A DNA stretch of 64,000 nucleotides from Thermoplasmatales archaeon (GCA_027310185.1 DAIDBH010000014.1:1-64000), one strand, 5' to 3'; shown: positions 1 through 9,071, counted from the first letter of the stretch. Translations and numbers: made by a program. Notes: generated by a model not told the origin, from the letters alone.

Positions 1-85
1 TCTTCGCAGAATCAAGTGATACTCTTTCAACCTTCCATGGTGTCTTCAGTTCAAGCAGTGCAGAATATAGCTGGCATTCGTCCAT
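1..85 (-). CDS. ISL3-family transposase, N-terminal part (truncated by window edge)
   Basis: Hand translation from ATG at 85 gives MDECQLYSALLELKTPWKVERVSLDSAK, matching the ISL3 N-terminal LY..LL.L..PW.V..V.LD pattern. Confidence 0.75.
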   Translation of the reverse strand, partial: MDECQLYSALLELKTPWKVERVSLDSAK

Positions 86-140
86 GAAATTATATAACTA
101 AGAATTAGATAAAATTACCCACATGAAAGTACGAAGAGCC
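1..140 (-). mobile_element. ISL3-family insertion sequence, left end (continues beyond window start)
   Basis: The minus strand starts GGCTCTTCGTACTTTCATG at 140, and GGCTCT is typical of ISL3 terminal repeats. A transposase start lies 55 bp inward. The AT-rich flank ACAATAAT (141-148) is a candidate 8-bp target duplication. Confidence 0.75.
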
Positions 141-402
141 ACAATAATTAATTCCTTAAAAACCAACGAAAGAAATGGTGATGAGAGGCTAACGAAAATT
201 CAATATACTTCAACAGATTAAAGTAGTGGAGTTTACTTGTTGTTTAAGAAATCGCTCAGAAAGATGTAGCGTTTTAAACGCTATTTCCTGAAAATAATGC
301 ATTTTTATTTGACAGGTAATAAAAAGTGAATCTTTAAAAAAGTAAGGAGGTAATCTAATTACAAAGGACAGTACGGCAGAGGTAGAACCAGAGAAAAAAG
401 TA

Positions 403-657
403 TTGAAAAAATTTCTAAAAGATGTAAAATGGTTAAACGCAAATTTATCTTCAAAGACGTTTAAGCGAAATCTATTGATTGATATAGGCTTACTTGCGTA
501 TGCATTCAAATCTTTTAGCTGGGAATCCGTGCTTAAAGCCGTTCCTTTTTTCCTAGCTTTTTTGTTTATTTGTGTATTATTTTCGTTAATGGTTTCAATT
601 GGGGATAGATCTGCAGAGAGTTATTATAAAAAGGGTAGATGGGGGAAAGGTCTATGA
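403..657 (+). CDS. Small two-TM hypothetical membrane protein (frame open upstream to ATT at 358)
   Basis: Hydrophobic segments; stop overlaps the next start (ATGA at 654-657); strong SD TAAGGAGGT at 343-351. Confidence 0.5.
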   Translation: MKKFLKDVKWLNANLSSKTFKRNLLIDIGLLAYAFKSFSWESVLKAVPFFLAFLFICVLFSLMVSIGDRSAESYYKKGRWGKGL

Positions 658-1091
658 ATAAAAATGAAAAAAGAATGATTGATTTGATGATTGAGGAAAT
701 TACAAGGGCAATAAAGGATAATAGTTCAAAGGCTGATGATAAGAAACTATTGGAGTGGGTTGGAAATTTAGAAATCCAGGATTATTTAGTTAATAAAAAC
801 AGTCAGCACCCTATGAAAGGATTTGTAACGGAAGCCATAGCAATACGTGATCCGTTTATTTATACACTGTCAATCATTTCTGGGGAACAAACACACGGAA
901 CATTACTTATATCTTCCATAAGCTCTATCACATCAACCCTAAGCAAAGAGCGGGCAATCCAATTCCAAATAATAATGGAATCGGGTTTAGTTTTCAAGAT
1001 GTACTTACTGCCTGAAAGCTGGGAAAAAATGTTACAATTCAAAATGAAAGTAGAAAAATTAATTGAAGATAAACGACGAATATTTACGTAG
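654..1091 (+). CDS. Hypothetical protein (beta-rich core plus C-terminal helix, possibly PH-like)
   Basis: 145-aa ORF translationally coupled by ATGA to the upstream ORF. The fold is a guess from sequence pattern only. Confidence 0.6.
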   Translation: MNKNEKRMIDLMIEEITRAIKDNSSKADDKKLLEWVGNLEIQDYLVNKNSQHPMKGFVTEAIAIRDPFIYTLSIISGEQTHGTLLISSISSITSTLSKERAIQFQIIMESGLVFKMYLLPESWEKMLQFKMKVEKLIEDKRRIFT

Positions 1092-1361
1092 CGCCTTCAT
1101 TTTATGGTTTAATGCATAGTACCCATAAAGTAATGAATAAGTTAAAGCGGCAAAACCGATACCTAACATAATATGGCCTAGTACAAAAAGACCTATTGTT
1201 CCTAATAAGAATATTATGCCTAATGTTAATAATGCCCCCATAATTGTATATATTAATGCTAACAGACCAACTCTGGTTATACCTGAAAAGTCAAGTTTAG
1301 GTGATAATTTCCTCTTCTTGCTATAGAGCCCAAAGTCTTCGTCTAAAAAAGTAAATACCAT
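1059..1361 (-). CDS. Small hypothetical membrane protein
   Basis: 100 aa with ATG start, long hydrophobic stretch and basic termini. Confidence 0.55.
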   Translation of the reverse strand: MVFTFLDEDFGLYSKKRKLSPKLDFSGITRVGLLALIYTIMGALLTLGIIFLLGTIGLFVLGHIMLGIGFAALTYSLLYGYYALNHKMKALRKYSSFIFN

Positions 1362-1782
1362 TGAATAAATATTTCACACATATATTTACACATTGTCCAC
1401 AACATTTTTATATTAATAGTTACCATAATTCATCAAATTTATTTAGTTCATACCAAAAACAAAAATTTCTCAGTACTATGCATTAATCCAAGCCATAGAA
1501 TGTTAAATCGATCAACTCGTAGACTAATTTGCATTAGTCAAGTATAAGGAAACTAACTTTATCCGTGTCTATTAAAAACGACCTTTTAGTATGATAGCCT
1601 CCAGAAGAGTGAATCTAGATGGCCCACACTTTCGTGTTTTAATGATCCTTGATTATAACATTTTAGAGGATAGTATACGCTATATGAACTGAAATATTAG
1701 AGAGTGAGATTAACACTTTACATTCTTTAAATGCGAATAGTATTCGTGCAGCAAAACTATCTTGGATATGCCTTAAATCGTT

Positions 1783-1935
1783 TTAAAATGAGTTAAGGAT
1801 AAAGATATATCCACTAAAAATTTAGATAATCCCTATTCCAAGAAGAATTAAGAAGATCCCGAATGCTAATCCTGCAAAATAGAAAGCTTCTACAAAATCA
1901 AAGCTCTTCTTTTCACTCCTCATATTTTGTAATCC
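1783..1935 (-). pseudogene. Decayed small membrane-protein gene
   Basis: Minus strand reads RSEKKSFDFVEAFYFAGLAFGIFLILLGIGII*IFSGYIFILNSF*, with an internal stop and no in-frame start. Confidence 0.3.
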
Positions 1936-2087
1936 CGTAGTCATATTTTACGATTGCTATATAATAAAGTTAAGTTAGGATGTGTATTGTATGTTATTTC
2001 AACCTTACACCGAATGCTGAGAAAATAAATGGTCCTTGGAGTAATATTGATTTAAGGAAGGGTTTTGAAAACTTTTGATTCAGGCCA

Positions 2088-2233
2088 ATGAGACACCAAA
2101 GAGTTACTCATAACTACTTAGTATTATGCATGCTTTTCTCTATGAAACATGTAACACCTTTAGAAGATTTAGGGAGACACTGTCTCATGAAGTGTTACAT
2201 AATGTTACATTGATTTTTGTTACTGTAGTAACA
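2088..2233. repeat. Cluster of TG(T/A)(A/G)ACA-like heptamers in both orientations (iteron-like)
   Basis: Forward copies at 2089, 2143, 2150, 2173 and 2227; inverted copies at 2181, 2193, 2203 and 2218. ATGTAACAC (2149-2157) and GTGTTACAT (2192-2200) are perfect inverted repeats. Palindrome TGTTACT-GT-AGTAACA at 2218-2233. Confidence 0.6.
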
Positions 2234-2912
2234 GAATTGTATAGGTAGTCCTGATTTGTTTTACAGTTAGGATGGGGAATGGCGATCTAAGGCAGCTACT
2301 CCAGGGTGGTCATCCACCAGGCACATCTTTGAAGTTATCCTATATCTATAGATCTGAGGGGGTGGTAAGACGCAGCCTGCCGTTTTTAAAGCTTCCCTCG
2401 ATCGATCGACCTGAGGGGAGATATACCTAGTCCATTGCGTTCGGTTCTACTTACCAGGACTCCGGCATCAAGGGATATATTTTACCCTGTTTGCTTAGTT
2501 AGGGCTATACTGTCATGGCCGATAGAAAGTTCCTGGTTCTCAATCGTCCAGATAGAACACAGAAAGTGATATAGAAAGAAACACGGCATTTACGATGTTT
2601 CCACAGATGACCTATGGTGACTGACATGTTACATACATCTAAAACACTCAAGATGAGATGTATAATGCCCAAAGAGTTGGAGAAATCGAAGCCTAAAGGA
2701 GAATTGAATGATAGGAATAGCTGGAATCTCAATCCAGGTTGAGCTTCAAGACCATCGAAAGGACATCGATAGAAACATTAAGAAAATCCCAAGAAAAAAG
2801 CATAATCTTGGAAATAATGGCATTATGCTGTGATGAAAATAACTCTCTAAATACTAAATAGAGATAAACTTTAGCGCAATAATAATATATACAAGTTTAC
2901 TAATGTGCTTAT

Positions 2913-3155
2913 ATGGAAAACGTATCACTACCAGACGATGTGATTGCTTCTTTTAAGAAATTTAAGATGAACTATGAGGCAGCTAACGATATGTATGAAG
3001 AATTAAGGCAGCATATTGGGAAATATGTGGCCATAGATGATGGAAAAGTCATGGGATTTACAGAGACATACCAGGAAGCAAAGAAAAAATATGGCAGTAG
3101 TGATAGCGTCTTTATAGATCTTGTTACTGACAACAATATTTTTTGGATCCTTTAG
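2913..3155 (+). CDS. DUF5678-like small protein
   Basis: YEELRQHIGKYVAIDDGKVMG..TYQEA matches the DUF5678 pattern (L...Y.G.YVAI.DG.VV). Confidence 0.75.
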   Translation: MENVSLPDDVIASFKKFKMNYEAANDMYEELRQHIGKYVAIDDGKVMGFTETYQEAKKKYGSSDSVFIDLVTDNNIFWIL

Positions 3156-3172
3156 TTTTAGAGGGTCTTATC

Positions 3173-3667
3173 ATGACCATTATTAAGTTAACGTATGATA
3201 ATAAGAAGAAGTTATTTTCTGTTCCGGTGATTCTGTTTAAAAAGGCTAAAAGTGGTATAGGTAGGGCAACTGAAAAGTTAGAAGCTTGTAATGCGGTTAT
3301 GTATTTAGATACAGGATCTAACTTAACATCTATAACTGATGACGAAGTGGAAAAACTACATCTTGATAGTGAGTCATTTAAAACTCAGAGAGTTGGAGGT
3401 ATAGGGGGGATGGTAAATACCTCCACAACTGACGCTGTGAGTGTCGCGGTGCAAGGAGATTCCAACACTCTTTATATAAATCTTGACCAAATTGCGATTC
3501 ACTCATCGACTATAAAGAGAAAATTAAACAAAGGTAGAGGGTTCTATGCCGAGAGAGGAGTGGAAACCATAAAAATGATATGCCTGTTCGGGTTAGATGC
3601 TCTTGAGAAACTAGGCGGCAAGTTAGAAATAGATATGAAAAATAAAACAGGAAGGATAATCATTTAA
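3173..3667 (+). CDS. Retropepsin-like (clan AA) single-domain aspartic protease
   Basis: Catalytic motif YLDTGS, flap-like VGGIGG and terminal LFGLDAL (hydrophobic-G-x-D). SD-like GAGGG precedes ATG 3173. Confidence 0.8.
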   Translation: MTIIKLTYDNKKKLFSVPVILFKKAKSGIGRATEKLEACNAVMYLDTGSNLTSITDDEVEKLHLDSESFKTQRVGGIGGMVNTSTTDAVSVAVQGDSNTLYINLDQIAIHSSTIKRKLNKGRGFYAERGVETIKMICLFGLDALEKLGGKLEIDMKNKTGRIII

Positions 3668-3668
3668 G

Positions 3669-4893
3669 TTATTTTGAACCTTTCTGTTCTTTCAATGCCA
3701 TCTGGATAATAGAAGTAAGTATCCCTGTTCTTTCAGATTCAGGCATATTCTCTATCAATGCCCTGATCTTATCATCGATCAGTCCTTTGGATTCTAGTTC
3801 CTTCTGGATGTGATCCTCTTTTTCCTTTAATTCCAGCGTTGCCTCAATAGTCAACGGCAGCCAGTACTTTCTACAGTAAACAGCATTCGATGGATTCAGG
3901 GCTTCACATCTTGGGCATGGCTTGGGTGATGCATCCTTTACAACTGTATCCTCTTCCCTCTTGATCCCATATGCCTTCAATATTGCAGTATCCTGATCCT
4001 TAGCCGATAAATGGACATAAGTCCTTGTCTGTTTTGATCCGTGAATCCATCCCATCTGAGATTCCAGGGGAGCTTCAGCAACCCTTGACGCAAGAATGGA
4101 TGCCCTGGTATGCCTGAACAGATGCGGATGTATCCTCCTTGTGATTCCTGCCCTGATCTTAGCCCTGTTCAAAGCCCTTAACAATTCAGCATAATTCATC
4201 GGTTCACCGTATGCTTGAGCTGAAACACTAACGAATACCATTGCGTCGGGATCATTGGATTTAGGATGCTGCTGTATCCATTCCCTGAGATAAGGCACAG
4301 AATCTCCTACAATCCTGACCATTCTTTCCCCTGTCTTACCTGATACGTGTAACACAGTTCCCCACTGGTCGTTCTGCAGGTCTCTAATCCTGAGTGTAAG
4401 GATTTCACCAACCCTGCATCCTGAATCATAAAGAACTGAAAATAACGCCTTATCTCTTGTACTTAGGCTGTTTTCTATGATCTTGTGAATCTCATTCACA
4501 GTGATCATGTCATCTGATTTCTTCAATCTGTTAACTGAGTTCCCTCTAACTCGAACCCACTGTACCCGCTTCTCAAATTCCTTCTCAAATAACTTCCATT
4601 TGTAGTATTTCCTTAGAGCCTGCTTGTAATCTTCAACGGTTCTCGGGCTTATCTTCTGGTTAGCTGATAACTGCATAATTACTGATTTCAGATCGTCTAT
4701 GGACGGGTTCAGGAAAGCGTCTGGTATCATCCTGCTTATGACCCTGAGCCTGATCAAATAGAAGATAACCCTGTGATCTGTTAATCCATCCTGCAACTTC
4801 AAATCCATGGCAAAGGACTTCAAAGAATCCCTTACTGCCAATGAGCTTCTCGTTTCTTTTTAATTCCTTTTCTACCGATGTATTATAGATCAT
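3669..4893 (-). pseudogene. Tyrosine recombinase/integrase with C-terminal zinc ribbon; N-terminus frameshifted near 4842-4860 (main ORF 3669..4841)
   Basis: Catalytic motifs GCRVGE, SGKTG, HPHLFRH, MGW and TYVH are intact. The SD-preceded ATG at 4893 is out of frame with the catalytic ORF. The zinc ribbon reads CPRC...CRKY. Confidence 0.8.
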
Positions 4894-5227
4894 TCCGCCT
4901 CATTATTACTTGGGGTAATGGCATATAAACATGATGTTACGCATTTAACATATTAGTTAATGCCCTGTTTCCGCACTTCCGCAACAGAAGTCGTTTAATT
5001 GAAACTATTAGTTTAAAAAAACGAACTGTGTTGAATTGTAACAGAAATGACAGACGACATGGCAATACATTCTTGATTTCTTAGTTATAATAAAATTTTT
5101 TATGGTTCCAGTATGTGCGGGACTTCTTGACATATTATGGTAAAAAAGTAGATGATGTGTAAATGTGTGTGATATTTACCAGTAGATAAAAAATATATTT
5201 AATAACTTCTAAGCAGTATGTTTTAAC

Positions 5228-5692
5228 ATGATGCCAATGAGGAAGATGATGTCCAGTGGGTTGCCTAACATGATAATAGTGCTTTTTCTTTTCCTGTTTA
5301 TTCAATTCCTTCTTGGCATGTACATCAACCTTTTCGTTACTATTCCAGCTATTTCTTCCTTCTTCATGATGGGCTATGGACCCTATGGAGGTTTTCCCAT
5401 AGTTATGGCTCATATGTTCCTTGGGCTCCTTATAGGTCTCATATCCCTAGGTATACTTTTCCTTTCTATCGGAACAGGACAGAGGAACATGCTGATCAGC
5501 GCCACAGGTCTTTTTTTGTCTGTCCTCCTTGCAGGTATAGATGGTCTTTTCTTCCTTTTTGACGGACAGAATAATATCAACTCATACCTGATGTCCACTG
5601 GCTTCATTCTCGCCATATTCTTTTCGATTCTATTGCTTGTATACACATTTAAGTCAAACTCTAACGTATCAGGGAGAAAAAATCCTAATTAG
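5228..5692 (+). CDS. Hypothetical four-TM membrane protein
   Basis: 154 aa, four hydrophobic helices, QFLLGMYINLFV and a membrane-embedded His. Confidence 0.75.
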   Translation: MMPMRKMMSSGLPNMIIVLFLFLFIQFLLGMYINLFVTIPAISSFFMMGYGPYGGFPIVMAHMFLGLLIGLISLGILFLSIGTGQRNMLISATGLFLSVLLAGIDGLFFLFDGQNNINSYLMSTGFILAIFFSILLLVYTFKSNSNVSGRKNPN

Positions 5693-5816
5693 ACTGTAAA
5701 TTCTAAAGAATTCTATTTCTGATTGTTTAAAAATAATTTCCTTTAGTTTAACGGAAGTAAATTCATTTGAATCTTATTATGTCAGGAATTTACGTTAAAG
5801 AGATTTCGAATACATT

Positions 5817-6182
5817 TCACTCCAGTACTCTCTTTACGAGACCCCATGCATTTCCAAAAGGATCGATCATCTGGCAGATGCTAACTCCATCCACGCCAAT
5901 TGTGGGACCTCTGAATATCTTGCAACCGTGATCAATGAAGTATTCGATTGCATCTTTCATATCATCTACATTCCAGTAGGCAACTTGACCGGCAATTCCT
6001 GTTCTGCACTTTTGATCAGAAGGGTGCAACCCGATTTTGCAAAACCCAAGGTTGAATGTATAGTAATTTTCACTTGAAAAAGCAGGTTCTTTCCCGGTCA
6101 GATCCATGATCCAGTCTTTTGCTCCTCCAAGGTTGTCAACGAAAAAAAGTACTTCGTCAATTCCTTTCAATATGTCTGTCAC
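5817..6182 (-). CDS. VOC/glyoxalase family protein
   Basis: IDEVLFFV, IGLHP, YWNVDD and DPFGNAWG are VOC-fold motifs. Confidence 0.85.
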   Translation of the reverse strand: MTDILKGIDEVLFFVDNLGGAKDWIMDLTGKEPAFSSENYYTFNLGFCKIGLHPSDQKCRTGIAGQVAYWNVDDMKDAIEYFIDHGCKIFRGPTIGVDGVSICQMIDPFGNAWGLVKRVLE

Positions 6183-6390
6183 TTATAACCCACCCTCATG
6201 ACACATAATAAAGTGAAGATATACTATTCTATGATCACTATTTATTATGAGACAATTGTGAGGATGAAATTATTTAAAAACCATTTAATTGTGAGGTATT
6301 GAAAAGGACATATTTAAAAATTGATTCAGATACTTTATGTGTAAAAATTTAGTTGATTTATCCTTATATATGGAAAAAACATATATACAT

Positions 6391-6765
6391 ATGGAAATGA
6401 GGAAACTCACTAGAGAAGAGGAAAGAGTAATAGTTCATAAGGGAACTGAATATCCATTTACAGGCAAATATGATGATTTCTTTCAGAAAGGGACATATGT
6501 ATGCAAAAGATGCGGACAGCCACTCTATTCGTCAGAAGCTAAATTCGATGCAGGATGTGGATGGCCTGCTTTTGATAAGGAATTCCCTGGTTCAGTGAAA
6601 AGACTGCCTGATCCAGACGGAATGAGAACAGAAATAGAATGTGCAAAGTGCGGTGCACATCTTGGTCACGTATTTACAGGAGAGAGATTTACCAAAGAGA
6701 ATACCAGACACTGTGTCAATTCGATTTCCATAGAATTTATAAAAGAAGGTGAAAAAAATGAGTGA
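6391..6765 (+). CDS. msrB: Methionine-R-sulfoxide reductase
   Basis: GTEYPFTG, two CxxC zinc motifs, GCGWPAF, HLGHVF, RHCVNS. Confidence 0.95.
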   Translation: MEMRKLTREEERVIVHKGTEYPFTGKYDDFFQKGTYVCKRCGQPLYSSEAKFDAGCGWPAFDKEFPGSVKRLPDPDGMRTEIECAKCGAHLGHVFTGERFTKENTRHCVNSISIEFIKEGEKNE

Positions 6766-7294
6766 AGAAATTGCAATACTTGGAGCGGGATGCTTCTGGT
6801 GCACAGAAGCTGCGTTCCAGCAGATAAAGGGAGTCAGGGAAGTTGTATCAGGATATGCAGGTGGTCATGTTGATAAACCGACATATCAGCAGGTATGCAG
6901 GGGAAATACCGGGCACGCAGAAGTTGGCAAGATCGTTTTTGATCCGGATGAGGTATCATACTCCGAAATTCTTGAGATATTTTTCTCAATTCACGATCCG
7001 ACTTCACTTAACAGGCAGGGAGCAGACACTGGAGAGCAATACAGATCGGTAATCTTCTATATGTCACCTGAGCAGGAAAAGATAGCTAGAGAAATGATCC
7101 GAAAGATGGATGAGGAACATGTTTACAGCAAACCTATAGTGACTGCTGTGGAACCCTTTACCAATTTCTTTGAAGCCGAGGATTATCATAAGAATTACTA
7201 TAGAAATAATTCAAGAGAGCCATACTGCCAACTTGTTATTTCACCAAAACTGAAAAAGCTTCAGAAGAACCACTCTGAAAGTTTGAAGTTATGA
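6758..7294 (+). CDS. msrA: Peptide-methionine (S)-S-oxide reductase
   Basis: GCFWC, SGYAGG, TGHAE, HDPT, QYRS, AEDYH; GGTGA SD. Confidence 0.97.
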   Translation: MSEEIAILGAGCFWCTEAAFQQIKGVREVVSGYAGGHVDKPTYQQVCRGNTGHAEVGKIVFDPDEVSYSEILEIFFSIHDPTSLNRQGADTGEQYRSVIFYMSPEQEKIAREMIRKMDEEHVYSKPIVTAVEPFTNFFEAEDYHKNYYRNNSREPYCQLVISPKLKKLQKNHSESLKL

Positions 7295-7361
7295 TTCTCT
7301 ACGTATAAATTTATAACTGTTAATTGAAAATGGAAATATAGTTTAAAGCTATATGGGATAG

Positions 7362-7865
7362 ATGGCAGGTAGAATAAAAGTTATAAATGACCCCGGCGAG
7401 CTTGTTTCCATATTTCATGCCTCAGATTCAGATGTTAAGAGGAAGTTGCTTATTGACCTCTCCACAAGCTGGATAACGATGCCTACCATAGCTGAAAAAT
7501 ATGGGCAGGAAGGCAAGAGAGCTTTACTTTACCTTGACAAAATAAAAATGCTGGAAAGCCAGTGGATAACAACTGGCAATGGACCTGAGAAGGCATATCA
7601 CACATTTTACAATAACGTTCAGATAAATCTCATGGGAACTATGACTGAGCTGGCAGATATAATATTTGCTACGAACCTCAGTGATGAGAAACTGGAAGAA
7701 TATGAAAATGAATTGATCGAAATGATGAATGAGACAGAAGGTGTTTTTCTGGGAGAAGCCTCAGAGAAGCTTGGAATTTCACAGACCTTTCTTCGTGGAA
7801 TAGTCAAGAGGTCCAGTATACTCCAGATTAAAGGATTTAAGATTGAAAAAGTGATTCCAGACTGA
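7362..7865 (+). CDS. Conserved archaeal ArsR-like winged-helix protein
   Basis: INDPGELV...ESQW...GPEKAYHT pattern of a conserved euryarchaeal HTH family; coupled to trm56. Confidence 0.7.
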   Translation: MAGRIKVINDPGELVSIFHASDSDVKRKLLIDLSTSWITMPTIAEKYGQEGKRALLYLDKIKMLESQWITTGNGPEKAYHTFYNNVQINLMGTMTELADIIFATNLSDEKLEEYENELIEMMNETEGVFLGEASEKLGISQTFLRGIVKRSSILQIKGFKIEKVIPD

Positions 7866-8908
7866 TGGCAGAAATTGTCATATACAGATACGGCCACAGA
7901 CCTGCAAGGGATAAAAGGATAACAACACACGTTGCACTTACTGCAAGGGCCATGGGTGCAAGCTCCATTATTATAGATACAGGAGATAGAGGCATTGAAG
8001 AAAATATAATTTCTGTAAACAGGAACTTTGGCGGGAATTTCGTGGTTCGATCCGGAGTCAGTATTGATAAGTTCTTCAACACGCTCAGCAGTAAGGATCT
8101 TCTAGTTCATCTTACCATGTATGGCAAACCAATTACAGAGAAGATGGATAAAATAAGAACTGCAAGTAAGGATAAGGAAAGAATTATTGTTTTTGTTGGA
8201 GCTGAAAAAGTTCCAGGAATAGCTTACTCAAAAAGTGATTTCAACATTTCAGTTACGAGTCAGCCCATAAGCGAGGTTTCAGCACTTGCAATATTTCTTG
8301 ACAGGTATCTTGATGGAAATGAACTGAAAAACGAGATGAGAGGCAGGCTTGATATCAACCCAAATGAACGTGGAAAAACCATAGAATACTTTCCGGATGG
8401 CAGAGACTGCATGGAGATACTCCTCAACAGGGGTGCAGACGATATGCTGATAGAACACTGTGTCTCAGTGAACCAGGTGGCCATGATCATCTGTGAAAAA
8501 GTTGACTGTGACAGAAGAATTGTAAACGCAGCTTCTCTACTACACGATGTTGGAAGAACTGTAACAAATGATATAAGACATGCATTAGAAGGGTATAGAA
8601 TCTGTGAAGAAGAACATGTTTCCAGAAAAATTTCCAATGCAGTATTGAAGCATACGGGAGCTGGTATAACAAAGGAAGAGGCAAACAGCCTTGGATTGCC
8701 GGATATGGATTACATGCCTGAGACCATTGAAGAAAAGATTGTTGCATGTGCAGATAACCTGATCATCGGAAACAGGAGAATAGATATTAATGAACAGGTT
8801 GAACGATATAAGAATAAGGGTCTTGATAAAGCTGCGATCAGGATAAGGGAACTCTATGAGTATGTAAGTTCTGAAGCAAAAATGGACATAAATGAGATTG
8901 AAATCTGA
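7865..8908 (+). CDS. trm56: tRNA (cytidine(56)-2'-O)-methyltransferase with C-terminal HD domain
   Basis: GHRPARDKRITTHVALTARAMGA, HLTMYG, VGAEKVP, QPISEV; C-terminal H...LLHDVG...H...CADN HD domain. Confidence 0.93.
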   Translation: MAEIVIYRYGHRPARDKRITTHVALTARAMGASSIIIDTGDRGIEENIISVNRNFGGNFVVRSGVSIDKFFNTLSSKDLLVHLTMYGKPITEKMDKIRTASKDKERIIVFVGAEKVPGIAYSKSDFNISVTSQPISEVSALAIFLDRYLDGNELKNEMRGRLDINPNERGKTIEYFPDGRDCMEILLNRGADDMLIEHCVSVNQVAMIICEKVDCDRRIVNAASLLHDVGRTVTNDIRHALEGYRICEEEHVSRKISNAVLKHTGAGITKEEANSLGLPDMDYMPETIEEKIVACADNLIIGNRRIDINEQVERYKNKGLDKAAIRIRELYEYVSSEAKMDINEIEI

Positions 8909-8960
8909 GGAACCATTCGAAAAAGTTAATTGGTTGATGTTAATTAGGCATAATAAGTAA

Positions 8961-9033
8961 GCCGCTGTAGCTCAGCTGGTAGAGCACACGCCTGTTAAGC
9001 GTGCGGTCGTCGGTTCGAACCCGACCGGCGGCG
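8961..9033 (+). tRNA. tRNA-Asn (GTT)
   Basis: Acceptor GCCGCTG/CGGCGGC; anticodon arm CACGC-CTGTTAA-GCGTG; T-loop GGTTCGAAC; CCA not encoded. Confidence 0.95.
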
Positions 9034-9071
9034 CTGGTGAATATTTATTAATTCTTAGTTATTGCAGTATT

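Larger units (their letters stand above)
141..4963. mobile_element. Degenerate integrated element (plasmid/provirus-like island), right part; boundaries approximate
   Basis: Contains a tyrosine integrase, very AT-rich orphan ORFs, long decayed non-coding tracts and an IS insertion. No att site was identified. Confidence 0.6.

Noticed and set aside
210-509. Minus-strand 99-aa ORF (also 2505..2732, 5135..5413 and 29471..29665)
   Set aside because: Antisense to better ORFs or chance frames in AT-rich decayed DNA.
2351-2420. CTGAGGGG motifs as a hammerhead ribozyme core
   Set aside because: Lacks CUGANGA and a suitably placed GAAA.
4941-4963. Imperfect palindrome GCATTTAAC-ATATTA-GTTAATGC with a XerD-like half site, as a dif/att site
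   Set aside because: It does not fit the 11-6-11 dif geometry and has no second copy in the window. It could be an operator, but support is lacking.
5100-5135. TGCGGGAC as a reverse-complement tRNA 3' end (att site)
   Set aside because: Too short, has no T-arm, and does not match the three tRNAs in the window.
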